Origin: a virus
Lineage: Duplodnaviria; Caudoviricetes
DNA: 64,000 nucleotides
Strand: one strand, 5' to 3'
Virus record (IMG/VR): IMGVR_UViG_3300036827_000134
Location: 22 to 64,021 of that record
Positions 18,815 to 28,432 of this stretch are shown here, one piece after another. The position numbers were made by a program, and so were the translations under genes. The notes beneath the pieces are model-generated. The model was not told the origin of the DNA, searched no databases, and saw only the letters and a program-made list of their open reading frames with translations. Position 1 is the stretch's first letter; every line of letters begins with the position of its first letter.

Positions 18815-19150
18815 ATGGCCGTGACGCCCACACCAACCGCCCCGGTCGCGCCAGCCACGAATACGATCGTCAGGGTGGCGAACGATGCCAACGATCTCTA
18901 CAATGCAGCGGAACAAAACCCAGCCGCGAAGGCTGACCTGCAAACCTTATTCGACAGCATCAGTCACGGTGGCGCGATCAGTCCGGGTCTCATGGCCTAT
19001 CTCGTGACGGCCATCGGTGCCGATCTGCAACAGCACGGCATCACGCTCGACAGCCAGCTGCTATCGTTGCTGATCGGCGTTCTGGTCAGTGCCGTTTCCT
19101 ATCTGTGGCAATGGCTCATGATCAAAATAAATAAGCCGGAAACGAAATAA
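18815..19150 (+). CDS. Holin-like membrane protein
   Basis: C-terminal TM helix (LLSLLIGVLVSAVSYLWQWL) and charged tail; GGGGG RBS. Confidence 0.45.
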   Translation: MAVTPTPTAPVAPATNTIVRVANDANDLYNAAEQNPAAKADLQTLFDSISHGGAISPGLMAYLVTAIGADLQQHGITLDSQLLSLLIGVLVSAVSYLWQWLMIKINKPETK

Positions 19151-19166
19151 CAGAGAGGGGTTCGAA

Positions 19167-19649
19167 ATGTTCAAGCGACGACTTCTTGCTGCATCTGCGC
19201 TCGCGCTGCCCGTATTCCTGGGATCATGCGCCGCGACTTCGGGCAATCCGACCGTCCAGGCCGTGTTCAACGCCATCCAGTACGTGTTGCCATTTGCCGA
19301 TGCTCTGGCACTTGGCATCTCGGTTGCGGTGCCCGCATCTGCGTCTCTGATGGCCGGGGTGATGACCGGGCTCAACCAGGCTGGACCGATTTTCCAGACT
19401 CTGCAAAACACGATGACTGCAGCGGCCGCGCTGCCGATCGTGAAACAGATCGAAGATTATCTGTCGGCGGGTGTGAGTTCGATCGGCAGTGTCGTGGCCG
19501 CTAACCAAAAGCTGGCCGCCTACCAAACCCGCGTCACTCAGGCGCAGACCCTGGTGGGATTGCTGACCACCTTCGTGAACGGCGTCAGTGCCGGTGTGCC
19601 AGTCGCTGCGCTGGCACCGACCGTGCCGATCCCGTTGCTGCATAAGTGA
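19167..19649 (+). CDS. Lipoprotein
   Basis: MFKRRLL...LGSC lipobox; amphipathic helices. Confidence 0.65.
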   Translation: MFKRRLLAASALALPVFLGSCAATSGNPTVQAVFNAIQYVLPFADALALGISVAVPASASLMAGVMTGLNQAGPIFQTLQNTMTAAAALPIVKQIEDYLSAGVSSIGSVVAANQKLAAYQTRVTQAQTLVGLLTTFVNGVSAGVPVAALAPTVPIPLLHK

Positions 19650-19659
19650 GGCCAGGACA

Positions 19660-20328
19660 ATGCCTGTTATTGCGATCTACACGCACACCGGGCTGATCCC
19701 GGCCCGCTACATTCAGCAGTGTGTGGCGGCAACCCAGATCGCCCTGGACCGAGACTTCGCGCCGCTATGGGGAGGCGCCGAACTGGTTTACGTGCCACCT
19801 GGCGGCGCAATCCAACCCGACTGGTGGCAGGTGGTGTTTTTCGACCACTCGGACCAGGCCGGCGCACTGGGCTATCACGATGTCACGCCGGAGGGCCAAC
19901 CGCTCGCCAAGATCTTCGCCGCCGATTGCATCGCCGATCAGGAAAACTGGAACGTTACATTTAGCCACGAGGTCTGGGAGATGCTCGCGGATCCACATAT
20001 CGACCAGACCGTGACGTATGATGGTTGGGAGTATGCCCGCGAGGTAGCCGATGCACCGGAAGATGACCGCTATGCGGTGCGCGTCGCCGGTCATCTGATC
20101 AGCAATTGCGTCACACCGTCATGGTTTGTCCCCGGCGGCGCGCCGCCATTCACCATGTATCCCTGTCCGGACATCGCAGGGCCATTTCTGCTGGCGCCTG
20201 GCGGCTATATCGGCCGACGGCAGCTACCGAGCGGCCAGTGGGAACAATTGCTTGCGGCGCAGCGTGGCCCGCGGCAGGAGAAGGGGCCGGACAGTCGAAC
20301 GCTGCGTCGGTTCAACCGTCCGGCCTGA
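19660..20328 (+). CDS. Putative zinc metallo-hydrolase (HExxE..DP motif)
   Basis: LGYHD...SHEVWEMLADP...EVAD motifs. Confidence 0.55.
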   Translation: MPVIAIYTHTGLIPARYIQQCVAATQIALDRDFAPLWGGAELVYVPPGGAIQPDWWQVVFFDHSDQAGALGYHDVTPEGQPLAKIFAADCIADQENWNVTFSHEVWEMLADPHIDQTVTYDGWEYAREVADAPEDDRYAVRVAGHLISNCVTPSWFVPGGAPPFTMYPCPDIAGPFLLAPGGYIGRRQLPSGQWEQLLAAQRGPRQEKGPDSRTLRRFNRPA

Positions 20329-20334
20329 CCTCAT

Positions 20335-22398
20335 TTAAGCCGGGAACCCAGCGCGCTGCTGCTTGATGAAGTCGACAATGGCAGCGTACTCAGTCGCGTC
20401 ATTCTGATTTAGCCACCCGACAGCGCCGTCAACCATCGAGTCGCCGTCCAACGCCTGGAAGGCCTCAAGCGTCTCACAACCCTCCACGCGCATGCGCACG
20501 TAGGCGCTATTCGCGGCGCTCATGACCCGCACCCAGCCAGGAGGGTCGGTCGCCAGCACATTCGCAATCAGCGTTTTGATCCGCGGCATCGCCAACCAGG
20601 TGGTCACACTCTCGGCGCTGGTCAGCGACAGCACGTCGCCGCGCAGATCCTCGACAATGTTCGGTGCCGCGCTGCCGTTGCCTTTCCCTGCTGCCGACGC
20701 AGTGAGTTCCTTGCGCCGGGCCTCAAGGATGCCAATCGCGTCCAACCGGTAAGCGTTCGGCATGCCGTTGATGGTCCCGGTATTGACCGCCTGAATATGG
20801 CCGAGCTGCAGTTCGGTCGCGGTCGCAGCCTTCGCCTTCAGCGCCTCATTGAATACCACGAAGGCGGCACGAGTTGGTTTGGTTGGCTTCGGGATCAATG
20901 CCATGTCGTGTGGCGCGTCCAACGGCAATTCGTTTGCCATGGCCGACTGCTGTTGCGTCTCGGCCGCTGGCTGCACCTTCGGCGGGTTAAGCACCTCCTC
21001 GACGGCATAAGGGCTAAGTTCACGCGCAGCGGTCAGCGACTCGGCGTTGGCCCGCTCGAATGGTTTGCGTTCCGGCGGGAACATATCGGCGTAAGCCTTG
21101 GCATAGGCTTTGGCGAACTCAACCGGGTCGGTGAAATCCTCGGTCCCGTCGATCGCCACGCCGTCGCCGTCGATCAGCCAAGCGGCAAAGGGGGCACCGG
21201 AGGACTCAGGTTGAATCTGCTTCGCCTCCGGTGCCGACGGCCCCACTGCTGCCCCGGTTTGCGAAGTTCGGGTTTCACCGGCGCTGGCGGACGTTTTGGA
21301 AGAAGCCGCCGGAGGCGCGGCAGGACCATCACCTCTGGCCTCGGACACCGCAGGCGATCCTGCTTCGCGCTGCGTCCCTGTGGACGCGGCCGGCGGCGGC
21401 TTCTGGCCCGTATCGCCCTGCGCTGCGGTATCAGGCGGATCGGTTGGCGGCGTTCCGCGTTCCTGCGGCGCAGGTTCTTTTGCTGCTGCCTTGCGGGGCG
21501 CTCGCCGATGGGGCGTGCCGGCCTGCGGCGCAGCGCTGTTCTGGGTTGCGTGCGCCTGATCGACCGCACCCCAAACCCCGCCGCCAGCCGCCGCACCTTC
21601 CACCTCGAACCAATCGGCAGGAGCGGACATGCCGTCCGTGAGCGATGCAAATATCTTGCTCAATTGGATCACCTGCGCCGGACGGATCGCCTCAATGCGT
21701 CGTTGGATCCGCTTTTCGATTTGCTCGCGGGTCACCTCGAACTGCTCGAACGCTTCGACCATGCGGATCAGCGCTTCTGGCGTGGTGTCGGCTGTCGCCG
21801 CGAGCGTCTCTTCGCATTGCTCAACCGCGGCTTCGACCACGTCACCTGGGATCACCGTCAGGAGCGCGGCTCGCTTACGCCTGGCACCGTTGTTTGCCAC
21901 CAGCTCGTAAATATCGCGCTCGTCGGTGATAGCGTAACCGCCCTGCTTCGTGTCGCGCCAATGACGAACCTGAAACTGGCGCTCGTCATAGAAGCCGGAC
22001 TCCATGTCCCACGCATACGCGATGCACTCGCTATAACCTCCGGCGCGGCTGACCTCCTTTACCCCAGAGGCGATATTCCCCCATCGCTGGGCAAGCGCCT
22101 CGGCGAGCCGGATTGATGGTCCCGAGATGTCTGTCCCGCCCCGCACGTACTGATAAAGCGCTTTTTTCGCCAAGGTCGGCCGGGTGCAATCCGACAGGAT
22201 CATATCCATCGCCTTGATGGGATCGCGTGGGTAAGAGCGCGCGATCATCATGCGAGCCTGTACTTCCGCAACGGTCTTCTGCTGGTCCGATCGCGCCAAA
22301 GCTCCACCGCCGCCTGAGACCTGGACGGCTTGACTGCCGAATGGGTTGCTGACCCTGTCCGAACGGCGCGGTTCGGGCGGCAGGATTTCGTCACTCAT
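20335..22398 (-). CDS. Putative single-strand annealing/recombination protein with long low-complexity linker and C-terminal extension
   Basis: ARSYPRD...ISGPSIRLAEALAQRWGN...AWDME...RRKRAALL.VIPGD N-terminal domain, common in phage recombination modules. Confidence 0.55.
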   Translation of the reverse strand: MSDEILPPEPRRSDRVSNPFGSQAVQVSGGGGALARSDQQKTVAEVQARMMIARSYPRDPIKAMDMILSDCTRPTLAKKALYQYVRGGTDISGPSIRLAEALAQRWGNIASGVKEVSRAGGYSECIAYAWDMESGFYDERQFQVRHWRDTKQGGYAITDERDIYELVANNGARRKRAALLTVIPGDVVEAAVEQCEETLAATADTTPEALIRMVEAFEQFEVTREQIEKRIQRRIEAIRPAQVIQLSKIFASLTDGMSAPADWFEVEGAAAGGGVWGAVDQAHATQNSAAPQAGTPHRRAPRKAAAKEPAPQERGTPPTDPPDTAAQGDTGQKPPPAASTGTQREAGSPAVSEARGDGPAAPPAASSKTSASAGETRTSQTGAAVGPSAPEAKQIQPESSGAPFAAWLIDGDGVAIDGTEDFTDPVEFAKAYAKAYADMFPPERKPFERANAESLTAARELSPYAVEEVLNPPKVQPAAETQQQSAMANELPLDAPHDMALIPKPTKPTRAAFVVFNEALKAKAATATELQLGHIQAVNTGTINGMPNAYRLDAIGILEARRKELTASAAGKGNGSAAPNIVEDLRGDVLSLTSAESVTTWLAMPRIKTLIANVLATDPPGWVRVMSAANSAYVRMRVEGCETLEAFQALDGDSMVDGAVGWLNQNDATEYAAIVDFIKQQRAGFPA

Positions 22399-22895
22399 GT
22401 GATTTTCCTTTTGTTCCTGTAATAAGCGTTCATGCATTCACGGTGGTGAACACCACTGCGACGAACGAACAGACTGGCGGGGTCGTCATACCGCTTACAG
22501 AAGCGGCATTTCCTTGCGTCTGGATTTCCGCAGGCGATTAGCGCCTTCGTTCGGAGGTGCAGCAAGTCGTGATAGGCAGCATCGGGGCAGATAACCAGAT
22601 TGACCGAGAGATTATTTGAGCGATCAAAATCGACGTGGTGCACCTCAACCTTTGGCGGCAGAACTCTCCCGAGTGCCTTTTCTGCGGTCCATTGGTGAGC
22701 GAGTTTCGAAACACCATCAACCATAATCCGAACATAGCCATTCGACATCGTGCTACCCGTTCCGGCGCGCCTGTTCTTCGGTGGATCCGCCAGTGTGTTC
22801 CCGTACCGCAGCTTCCGGGCATAATGGCCCTTGCACAGACCAACCGCGCGCAACGGTCTCTCGCAATGCTCTACCGTGCAACGGCCGGTGTTCAC
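22395..22895 (-). CDS. HNH homing endonuclease
   Basis: CTVEHC...GLCKGHY zinc knuckle; LAHQWTAEKALGR...EVHHVDFDRSNN...NLVIC; GTGA/ATGA coupling at both ends. Confidence 0.85.
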   Translation of the reverse strand: MNTGRCTVEHCERPLRAVGLCKGHYARKLRYGNTLADPPKNRRAGTGSTMSNGYVRIMVDGVSKLAHQWTAEKALGRVLPPKVEVHHVDFDRSNNLSVNLVICPDAAYHDLLHLRTKALIACGNPDARKCRFCKRYDDPASLFVRRSGVHHRECMNAYYRNKRKIT

Positions 22896-23611
22896 GGGGC
22901 TGCGTCCGGATCGGTGCAGTATGCCTCGGATACGGTGAACATTCCAGATTGCTGTTCTTGCTGCCGAGACTTCGCAAACAGGATGGAAGGTTCCGGGCAG
23001 GCGTTCATCGCCATCAGTTTGCGGAAGATGGCAAGGCACGCCCTGGCATCGGCGGCGGCCGTGTGTGCGTCGGCAAATGGTTCGCCGCAGAAATATTCAT
23101 AGGCCTCCTGCAACTTCGGTTGCTTGAAGATTTTGTAACCCGCAGCCAGCATCTTGTGCGTGGGCGCTTCTTTGATGACCGCCTGCGATGCCTTCTGCGT
23201 GCACAGCGTGAAGGTCTTCATGAAGCGGTCGTCCATGCCAGCGCGACGCAATTCGCCGCGCATGACCTTCGCATCGAATTGCACGTTGTGCGCGACCACA
23301 ATCCAGCCGGAGTCAATGAACTCGGCGTAGATTTTCAGCACTTCAGCGACGGGTAGACCGCCTGCTGCAAGCATCTCATCCGTGATGCCGTTTACCTTCG
23401 TGGCACCAGGCGACATCTTCCAACCGTCGGCCCTGACGAGACCGGAAATGCTGGCATCCTCGTCGATCTCGAGTTCAGGTGTTGTCGCCAGCAACGTGAA
23501 GCTAGCCAATCGCGGTTGGCCTTCCGCAGTGGCGGACGGCGGCGGCCCGCCTTTCTTGTAGGGCAGCGGCAAGCCACTCGTCTCGGTGTCGAGGATCAGA
23601 TAGCGCGGCAT
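22892..23611 (-). CDS. DEDDh 3'-5' exonuclease (DnaQ-like)
   Basis: ExoI LDTETSG, ExoII AHNVQFD, ExoIII AHTAAAD. Confidence 0.9.
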   Translation of the reverse strand: MPRYLILDTETSGLPLPYKKGGPPPSATAEGQPRLASFTLLATTPELEIDEDASISGLVRADGWKMSPGATKVNGITDEMLAAGGLPVAEVLKIYAEFIDSGWIVVAHNVQFDAKVMRGELRRAGMDDRFMKTFTLCTQKASQAVIKEAPTHKMLAAGYKIFKQPKLQEAYEYFCGEPFADAHTAAADARACLAIFRKLMAMNACPEPSILFAKSRQQEQQSGMFTVSEAYCTDPDAAP

Positions 23612-23623
23612 AAACTCGCTCCT

Positions 23624-23875
23624 TCAGAACGGGACTTCATCCACGACGGCCGGTGGCGCCTGCGCGGTGCCGACCTCGCGATAGCCATCCCGTTGGAACA
23701 CTTCTTCCATCAAATGCGCGTCAGGTTGCTCTATGCGGGCAACGCAGTATCCCTCTTCGAAAAGCGCCTGCAGGAAGTCCGCAAGCACCATGGCGTCCGG
23801 CACGATGCCCGGCCCTTTGTCGAGCGCCTTCGTCAATGCCCGCGCCGCCGCGCCGATCGCCTCAGTCCTCATCAC
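23624..23875 (-). CDS. Small protein with SSB-like acidic C-terminal tail (VDEVPF)
   Basis: Coupled ORF; tail resembles bacterial SSB DDDIPF. Confidence 0.55.
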   Translation of the reverse strand: MMRTEAIGAAARALTKALDKGPGIVPDAMVLADFLQALFEEGYCVARIEQPDAHLMEEVFQRDGYREVGTAQAPPAVVDEVPF

Positions 23876-24714
23876 TATCTCCGGTTCAGATCGGTGTGAT
23901 CGGTGATCTTCACGCCTGGGATCTCAGGGATCGGCGTGTCAGGATCGCCAACGCCGGCGCGCAGCAAGCGGTCCGACGGCTCACAGAATTGCCTCGGCAC
24001 AAGGTCCGGGTTGGTGATTTCGAACACGCGCACCCGCTTGCCTGACGTGGACCCAGCCAGATTGCCGGACGTCCGGGTCAGCTTGTTGATCGGTGCCGCT
24101 GCCGTCTCGCGCTGCTTCTGGGCCGCTTCCGCTGCCGCTGTAGCATCGTCCGCAGTCACAATATTGCTGCCCTTGGCGGCAAGATCACGAGCGACCTGTG
24201 CCTCTTTCTCCAACCGCTGCGCCTCGGCCTCGGCATCCTTGCGGATGCGTTCGGCGTCGCGTTCCTTCTTGGCGATCACCAGATTGGAAATCTGCTCCGC
24301 GAGGGTCAGAGGTGCGATGCGTCGGTTGGCCACCGGCCCGGTCAGCGGCCGCACGATCAGGTCGCGGCCAAACCGGCGGAATTCTTCGTCGATCACGCGA
24401 CCGGCGGTCAGCACCGGCTGCTTCATCTCTTGCCGGGTTTTTTCGACACGGCCGCTGTCGCCAACGAAACGGCCGCAGGTGTGCAACACCTCGGTTGCGA
24501 TGCGCTCGCCTTCGTCGTCTTCGATCTGCGGGTACGCCTTGAGGAACCGCCTTGTCATCGCGATCAAATCAATCTCGCGCTGTCTGATAGACGGTGTCCG
24601 GCTACCGTCAACGACGGACACAGGTTCATCATCCAAAGCAGCATCTATGATGGCCTGGATGACATCGACGCCTAGCAGATCGAGTAAAGTCGGGAGGTTC
24701 CGGATGGCACTCAT
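23875..24714 (-). CDS. Coiled-coil phage recombination-module protein
   Basis: KQPVL.AGR.ID..F and ITNPDLVP...IPGVKI motifs. Confidence 0.55.
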   Translation of the reverse strand: MSAIRNLPTLLDLLGVDVIQAIIDAALDDEPVSVVDGSRTPSIRQREIDLIAMTRRFLKAYPQIEDDEGERIATEVLHTCGRFVGDSGRVEKTRQEMKQPVLTAGRVIDEEFRRFGRDLIVRPLTGPVANRRIAPLTLAEQISNLVIAKKERDAERIRKDAEAEAQRLEKEAQVARDLAAKGSNIVTADDATAAAEAAQKQRETAAAPINKLTRTSGNLAGSTSGKRVRVFEITNPDLVPRQFCEPSDRLLRAGVGDPDTPIPEIPGVKITDHTDLNRR

Positions 24715-25253
24715 GTTGTCGCCTTCTCCCGTAACTGACGTTCTCTATGTTCCCGGCCGCGCCGCTGTTGGCATACTATGCACTGACGCCATCCGCGAGG
24801 ATCGACGTAAGTATTGTCTGCGGAATACGGATGCCCACGCGGGCAAGTCAAAATACTTCGATATCTGGCCACCAAGATCGCGGGAGCGTTTCCACGCAGT
24901 GTATTCACACGGGGCGTTACCGGCTCAAGGTGGTCGGGGTTGATGCAACAACGGACGCGACATAAGTGGTCAATCTGAAGGCCATCTGGGATCGGACCAT
25001 TAAGCAGCTCCCAAACGATGCGATGAACCAATCTCACACCTATTTTTGCATAACCGGCCTGGCTCGTAGGGCCCAACCATACAATGCATCCACAGAATGG
25101 GACCGGCATACTAAGATCGGCAAGACGCTGCTGGACAGGAGGCGACCGATATACCTCGTGACATTCCTTGGAACAAAACGACCGCTCGGGGTTCTTCACC
25201 TGACTTTTTGCTCGATAGAATATGCCTGAGCACTTTTGACATGTCAGAATCAT
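24711..25253 (-). CDS. HNH homing endonuclease
   Basis: GCIVWLG...LVHRIVWEL.NGPIPDGLQIDHLCRVRCCINPDHLEPVT...CPRGHPY. Confidence 0.92.
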   Translation of the reverse strand: MILTCQKCSGIFYRAKSQVKNPERSFCSKECHEVYRSPPVQQRLADLSMPVPFCGCIVWLGPTSQAGYAKIGVRLVHRIVWELLNGPIPDGLQIDHLCRVRCCINPDHLEPVTPRVNTLRGNAPAILVARYRSILTCPRGHPYSADNTYVDPRGWRQCIVCQQRRGREHRERQLREKATT

Positions 25254-25255
25254 GA

Positions 25256-25582
25256 TCAGAACGGCAACAGCTGATCAGAGTTGATCGGGCGCCGAGCGTT
25301 CGCTGCGGGGTGTGACGGCGCATACGCGACCGCCCAGCGCTTCAGGTCGATCCGGTAACGGACCTCCGCTTCCGAAGCTTCCACGCCATAAGCGTGGACC
25401 TGGCCGAGCGCCTCGAGCGCGAACGGGTCAGTGGCCGGCCCATACAGCACATCGTCGATCATGGCCCACCATTGCCCGGTTTCATCGTGCACAATCTCTG
25501 CGCCGACCGGCGGCCCGCCGCGGCAGAGTCGTAGCGTGTAATGACCGGGCACCGGTTGGTCAGTCCGGCGTGGCATTCTCAT
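25256..25582 (-). CDS. Conserved hypothetical phage protein
   Basis: PGHYTLRLCRGGPPVG...HPAANARRPI motif. Confidence 0.6.
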   Translation of the reverse strand: MRMPRRTDQPVPGHYTLRLCRGGPPVGAEIVHDETGQWWAMIDDVLYGPATDPFALEALGQVHAYGVEASEAEVRYRIDLKRWAVAYAPSHPAANARRPINSDQLLPF

Positions 25583-25748
25583 TCCCTGGCGACGGCAAGA
25601 ATGCCCAATGGGTCGCGGGTTCTGCGTCCTCGCCTGACCACGGAGTTCGGGCCCAGGAGCAGCTGCCGTCCGGCCAGAACCGCGCGACGATAATCACCGA
25701 CCGTCCTTTGCCAGCTGGGGTCGGTTCCCTCATCGGATGCCACTTCAT
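25560..25748 (-). CDS. Small DUF551-like protein
   Basis: MKWHP...PATHWAFLPSP pattern. Confidence 0.5.
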   Translation of the reverse strand: MKWHPMREPTPAGKGRSVIIVARFWPDGSCSWARTPWSGEDAEPATHWAFLPSPGNENATPD

Positions 25749-26434
25749 CAGGCGGCAGGCAGGAATTGCTGCGACCGCTCGACGGCCGAGCGCAACGCAG
25801 CCATCGCGCCCGCTTGCTTCATCGCCTCTGCCTCGAGCGACGGTAGACCGGTTCGGATCGACTCATCGACCTGGGCACGGGTCGCGAACCGTCCATCGGC
25901 CCACCACTCGACTGCGACCGGTTCGCCGATGTCGAACAGGATTTCGCCAGGCGCAGGGTTCCATGTCTTGTATTTTTCGACGGACCATATGCACCCGACG
26001 CCAGGGTTCCGGCGAATCATTATGCCCGATGCAGTCGCACCTTCGGGCTTGCCGACGTCGATCCGACGCATTTTCGGGAACGCCAGAAACGGGCAAACCA
26101 AGACCGAGTAGTGGGCGCATTCCAGGTGCGACGGCGGTTCGGAACTGGTGCGATTTACGATACACATAGGACCGACCACGAAGGCCTTCACGCGGGGCAG
26201 CGCGCCGCCGCATACCCAGCAGATGCGGTACCGGATGCAGTCCGCCAGGTACTTCGCATCCATGATCCGAAAGTCAGGTTCACCATCCGGTTTGTCGGCC
26301 TTCCGGTCGACGAATCGCGGGATGGGGTAACCGCGACTGTCCCGCTGAAGTTTGGCGATGCGCGCCGGCATTGGAACGGCAGCAAGTCGTTCGCGGGTCC
26401 CTCGAGGCAACGTGGTGACGGCAGGCTCTGGCAT
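25748..26434 (-). CDS. Conserved Cys/His-rich hypothetical protein
   Basis: GYPIPRFV...PDFR...CWVCG...GPMC...EPPSHLECA.YS..VCPFL; AAGGAG RBS. Confidence 0.7.
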   Translation of the reverse strand: MPEPAVTTLPRGTRERLAAVPMPARIAKLQRDSRGYPIPRFVDRKADKPDGEPDFRIMDAKYLADCIRYRICWVCGGALPRVKAFVVGPMCIVNRTSSEPPSHLECAHYSVLVCPFLAFPKMRRIDVGKPEGATASGIMIRRNPGVGCIWSVEKYKTWNPAPGEILFDIGEPVAVEWWADGRFATRAQVDESIRTGLPSLEAEAMKQAGAMAALRSAVERSQQFLPAA

Positions 26435-26449
26435 TGGGTGTCTCCTTGA

Positions 26450-26490
26450 CGCGAGTATCCTGCGTCATTAACGGTTATTTGGTCAATGGG
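26450..26490 (-). promoter_or_regulatory. Leftward sigma70-type promoter with palindromic operator TTAACGGTTAT (26468-26478)
   Basis: Minus strand TTGACC-aaataaccgttaatgac-GCAGGATACT between divergent genes. Confidence 0.6.
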
Positions 26491-26498
26491 GTGTCGGC

Positions 26499-26780
26499 AT
26501 GTCAGGTGACAAATTGTCGGGAATATCGCGTGCCATCGCCGTCGCTGGCAACCAGGCCGCGCTTTCCCGCCTGATCTGGGAGCGCTGTCGCGTCCACCTC
26601 TGGCAGAGCCGCCTGAGTGAGTACGAGAGATCGGGCTATGCCCCTCTCCGCAGCGCGCGGTTGATCTCCGAGGCAACGGGGGTTCCCGTCGAGGATCTGC
26701 TACGTCCGGCCAACCAGCGTGCGCACCGGCGCGTCGCCCGCAGTAAAGAGGGAATTCCGTATGGTCGTTCTGGGAATTGA
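26499..26780 (+). CDS. Cro/YdaS-like HTH regulator
   Basis: RAIAVAGNQAALSR...QSRLSEY...ISEATGVPVEDLLRP. Confidence 0.8.
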   Translation: MSGDKLSGISRAIAVAGNQAALSRLIWERCRVHLWQSRLSEYERSGYAPLRSARLISEATGVPVEDLLRPANQRAHRRVARSKEGIPYGRSGN

Positions 26781-27273
26781 CCCGGGCGCGAAGGGTGCCT
26801 TGGCGTGGGTGACCGGGGATGGCCATCTGATCGACGTCGAAGACATGCCGATGTCGACGGTCCGGGACAAACTGCGGGTCTCCGCGGCCGGCCTCGCGCT
26901 GGCATTCCGTGCCCGTCGGCCCGATCTGGTGGTGATCGAGGGCGTTGGTGCGATGCCGGGCCAGGGCGTTTCGAGCTGCTTTTCATTCGGTTACAGCGCT
27001 GGCCTGATCGAAGGCGCAGCTGCTGGCCTCGGGCTGCCGGTCGAGATCGTTTACGCAGCGGCATGGAAGCGCCGGGCCGGCGTGCCGAAGGACAAGGGTG
27101 CCGCCCGCCAGATGGCGACCCGGTTTTGGCCGGGGGCCGCCGACAAGTTCAAGCGCGTTCGCGATGACGGTAGAGCAGAGGCGGCGCTGCTGGCACGGTG
27201 GGCGGTCCTGCGCAGCGATGGACCGTCAGCACCTCACAAACGGACGGCCAAACCATTGGGCATCTTCGCTTAA
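26761..27273 (+). CDS. RuvC-like Holliday junction resolvase
   Basis: LGIDPG..GA, VVIE.V.AMPGQGVSS.FSFG, WK, DGRAEAALLA. Confidence 0.88.
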   Translation: MVVLGIDPGAKGALAWVTGDGHLIDVEDMPMSTVRDKLRVSAAGLALAFRARRPDLVVIEGVGAMPGQGVSSCFSFGYSAGLIEGAAAGLGLPVEIVYAAAWKRRAGVPKDKGAARQMATRFWPGAADKFKRVRDDGRAEAALLARWAVLRSDGPSAPHKRTAKPLGIFA

Positions 27274-27279
27274 AGGCAT

Positions 27280-27693
27280 TTACGCAAATAGGTTTGGACG
27301 CTTCGGTTTGGCGGGTTGTGCGGGCCGCGGTTGGTTCGTCTCGTATTGTGCCAGGCACCATGAGTCGCAATACCATCGGAATTTCTGCGACGATTCGTCC
27401 TCTGGATTGCACATGATCGGGAGCTGCGCATCGGGCTTATCGCAAAAAGCACACCGCATCCCAGGTCCCTTCAACCGCTTCCAGCAAAAGACTTTCCACT
27501 CTCTTAGCCAGTCGTCGCTCACCATACCGGATGCGATGGCGTCCTGTTCGAAGCGCCTGACCTCCGACAGGTACTCGTCTTGCGGGATCTTCGCGAGCAT
27601 CGCCGTGATGCGCCAGCGTCCATCGTTCCGCCAGTCTGGCGAGAGTGGTTGTTTTGATGCAGCAGCGATCGCCGCTTTCGGTCTACGCGCCAC
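27280..27693 (-). CDS. Hypothetical protein with Cys knuckle and RPNLF tail
   Basis: CAFC...YCDSWC; start uncertain. Confidence 0.45.
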   Translation of the reverse strand: MARRPKAAIAAASKQPLSPDWRNDGRWRITAMLAKIPQDEYLSEVRRFEQDAIASGMVSDDWLREWKVFCWKRLKGPGMRCAFCDKPDAQLPIMCNPEDESSQKFRWYCDSWCLAQYETNQPRPAQPAKPKRPNLFA

Positions 27694-27910
27694 GATGTGC
27701 CATCTGGTCGGCCTGGCGATAGAGGCACCCACAAGACTGTGTGCGGCCGTTGCGCAACGAATCGCTTCGGACGTGCGGCCGCCTACCTCCGCAGGAACAC
27801 TGACAATCGTAATAAGCATAAGTCTTGTCGGACCACCGACGTTCGCTCCGGGCCGTCGCCGTCAGTCGGCCAAACGTGCGGCCGGTCAGGTCATCCATCT
27901 TTGGCATCAT
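27683..27910 (-). CDS. Truncated homing-endonuclease N-terminal zinc domain
   Basis: DLTGRTFGRLT...CQCSCG...LRNGRTQSCGCL with no nuclease domain following. Confidence 0.7.
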   Translation of the reverse strand: MMPKMDDLTGRTFGRLTATARSERRWSDKTYAYYDCQCSCGGRRPHVRSDSLRNGRTQSCGCLYRQADQMAHRGA

Positions 27911-28238
27911 TCGCGCCGCTGGTGGCGTTGCGCTCCATATGCCGGTGCGGACCGGTCGTCGGGTGCCCGCGGTCGTCGAACTTCAGTGCGTCGTGTTCGC
28001 TCTTCTGGCGCCGGTCCCGCTCCCAGATTTCCATATCCCGCGCGATCTTCAACGCCTGCGTGACCTGCGGCCGGTCGGCCTCAGGCCGAAGTCCAAGACT
28101 GATCTCTTGTAACCACAGCGTTGCCCAGATCTTGATGACCGCCGGTGCCTCTCGATCACGACCAATGAGGACGAAGCACGGTTCATCCGATTCGAGTTTG
28201 GCGAGACAATCGTACTCGATCTTGCGGCGCCTGCTCAT
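27891..28238 (-). CDS. Conserved hypothetical phage protein
   Basis: CLAK..DEP.FVL.GRD..AP..I..WA motif; ATGA-coupled. Confidence 0.6.
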   Translation of the reverse strand: MSRRRKIEYDCLAKLESDEPCFVLIGRDREAPAVIKIWATLWLQEISLGLRPEADRPQVTQALKIARDMEIWERDRRQKSEHDALKFDDRGHPTTGPHRHMERNATSGANDAKDG

Positions 28239-28411
28239 TGACATGATTGACACATATCATCATCGCCCGAGCAGTTGCCGCCGCGCACCTGAATCTTCGG
28301 CCGTTCTTTCAGGCCTTCGCTCATTGTCTCGTATGGGCAATCTTCATCAGCGCGGGAACCGCATGTGGCGCATTCCTGGGCCTGACCGAGTCGCATGCAT
28401 GGCTTTGACAT
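28235..28411 (-). CDS. 58-aa Cys-rich micro-protein
   Basis: Hand-translated MSKPCMRLGQAQECATCGSRADEDCPYE...GNCSGDDDMCQSCQ; GGAG RBS, ATGA coupling. Confidence 0.55.
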   Translation of the reverse strand: MSKPCMRLGQAQECATCGSRADEDCPYETMSEGLKERPKIQVRGGNCSGDDDMCQSCQ

Positions 28412-28432
28412 CTTGGAGTCTCTCCGTTGAGG

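Noticed and set aside
20797-22116. Long antisense ORFs (also 2570-3640, 13865-14986, 23903-24943, 51877-53121, 55633-56583, 60951-62093)
   Set aside because: Shadow frames opposite well-supported genes in GC-rich DNA, with no RBS or motifs
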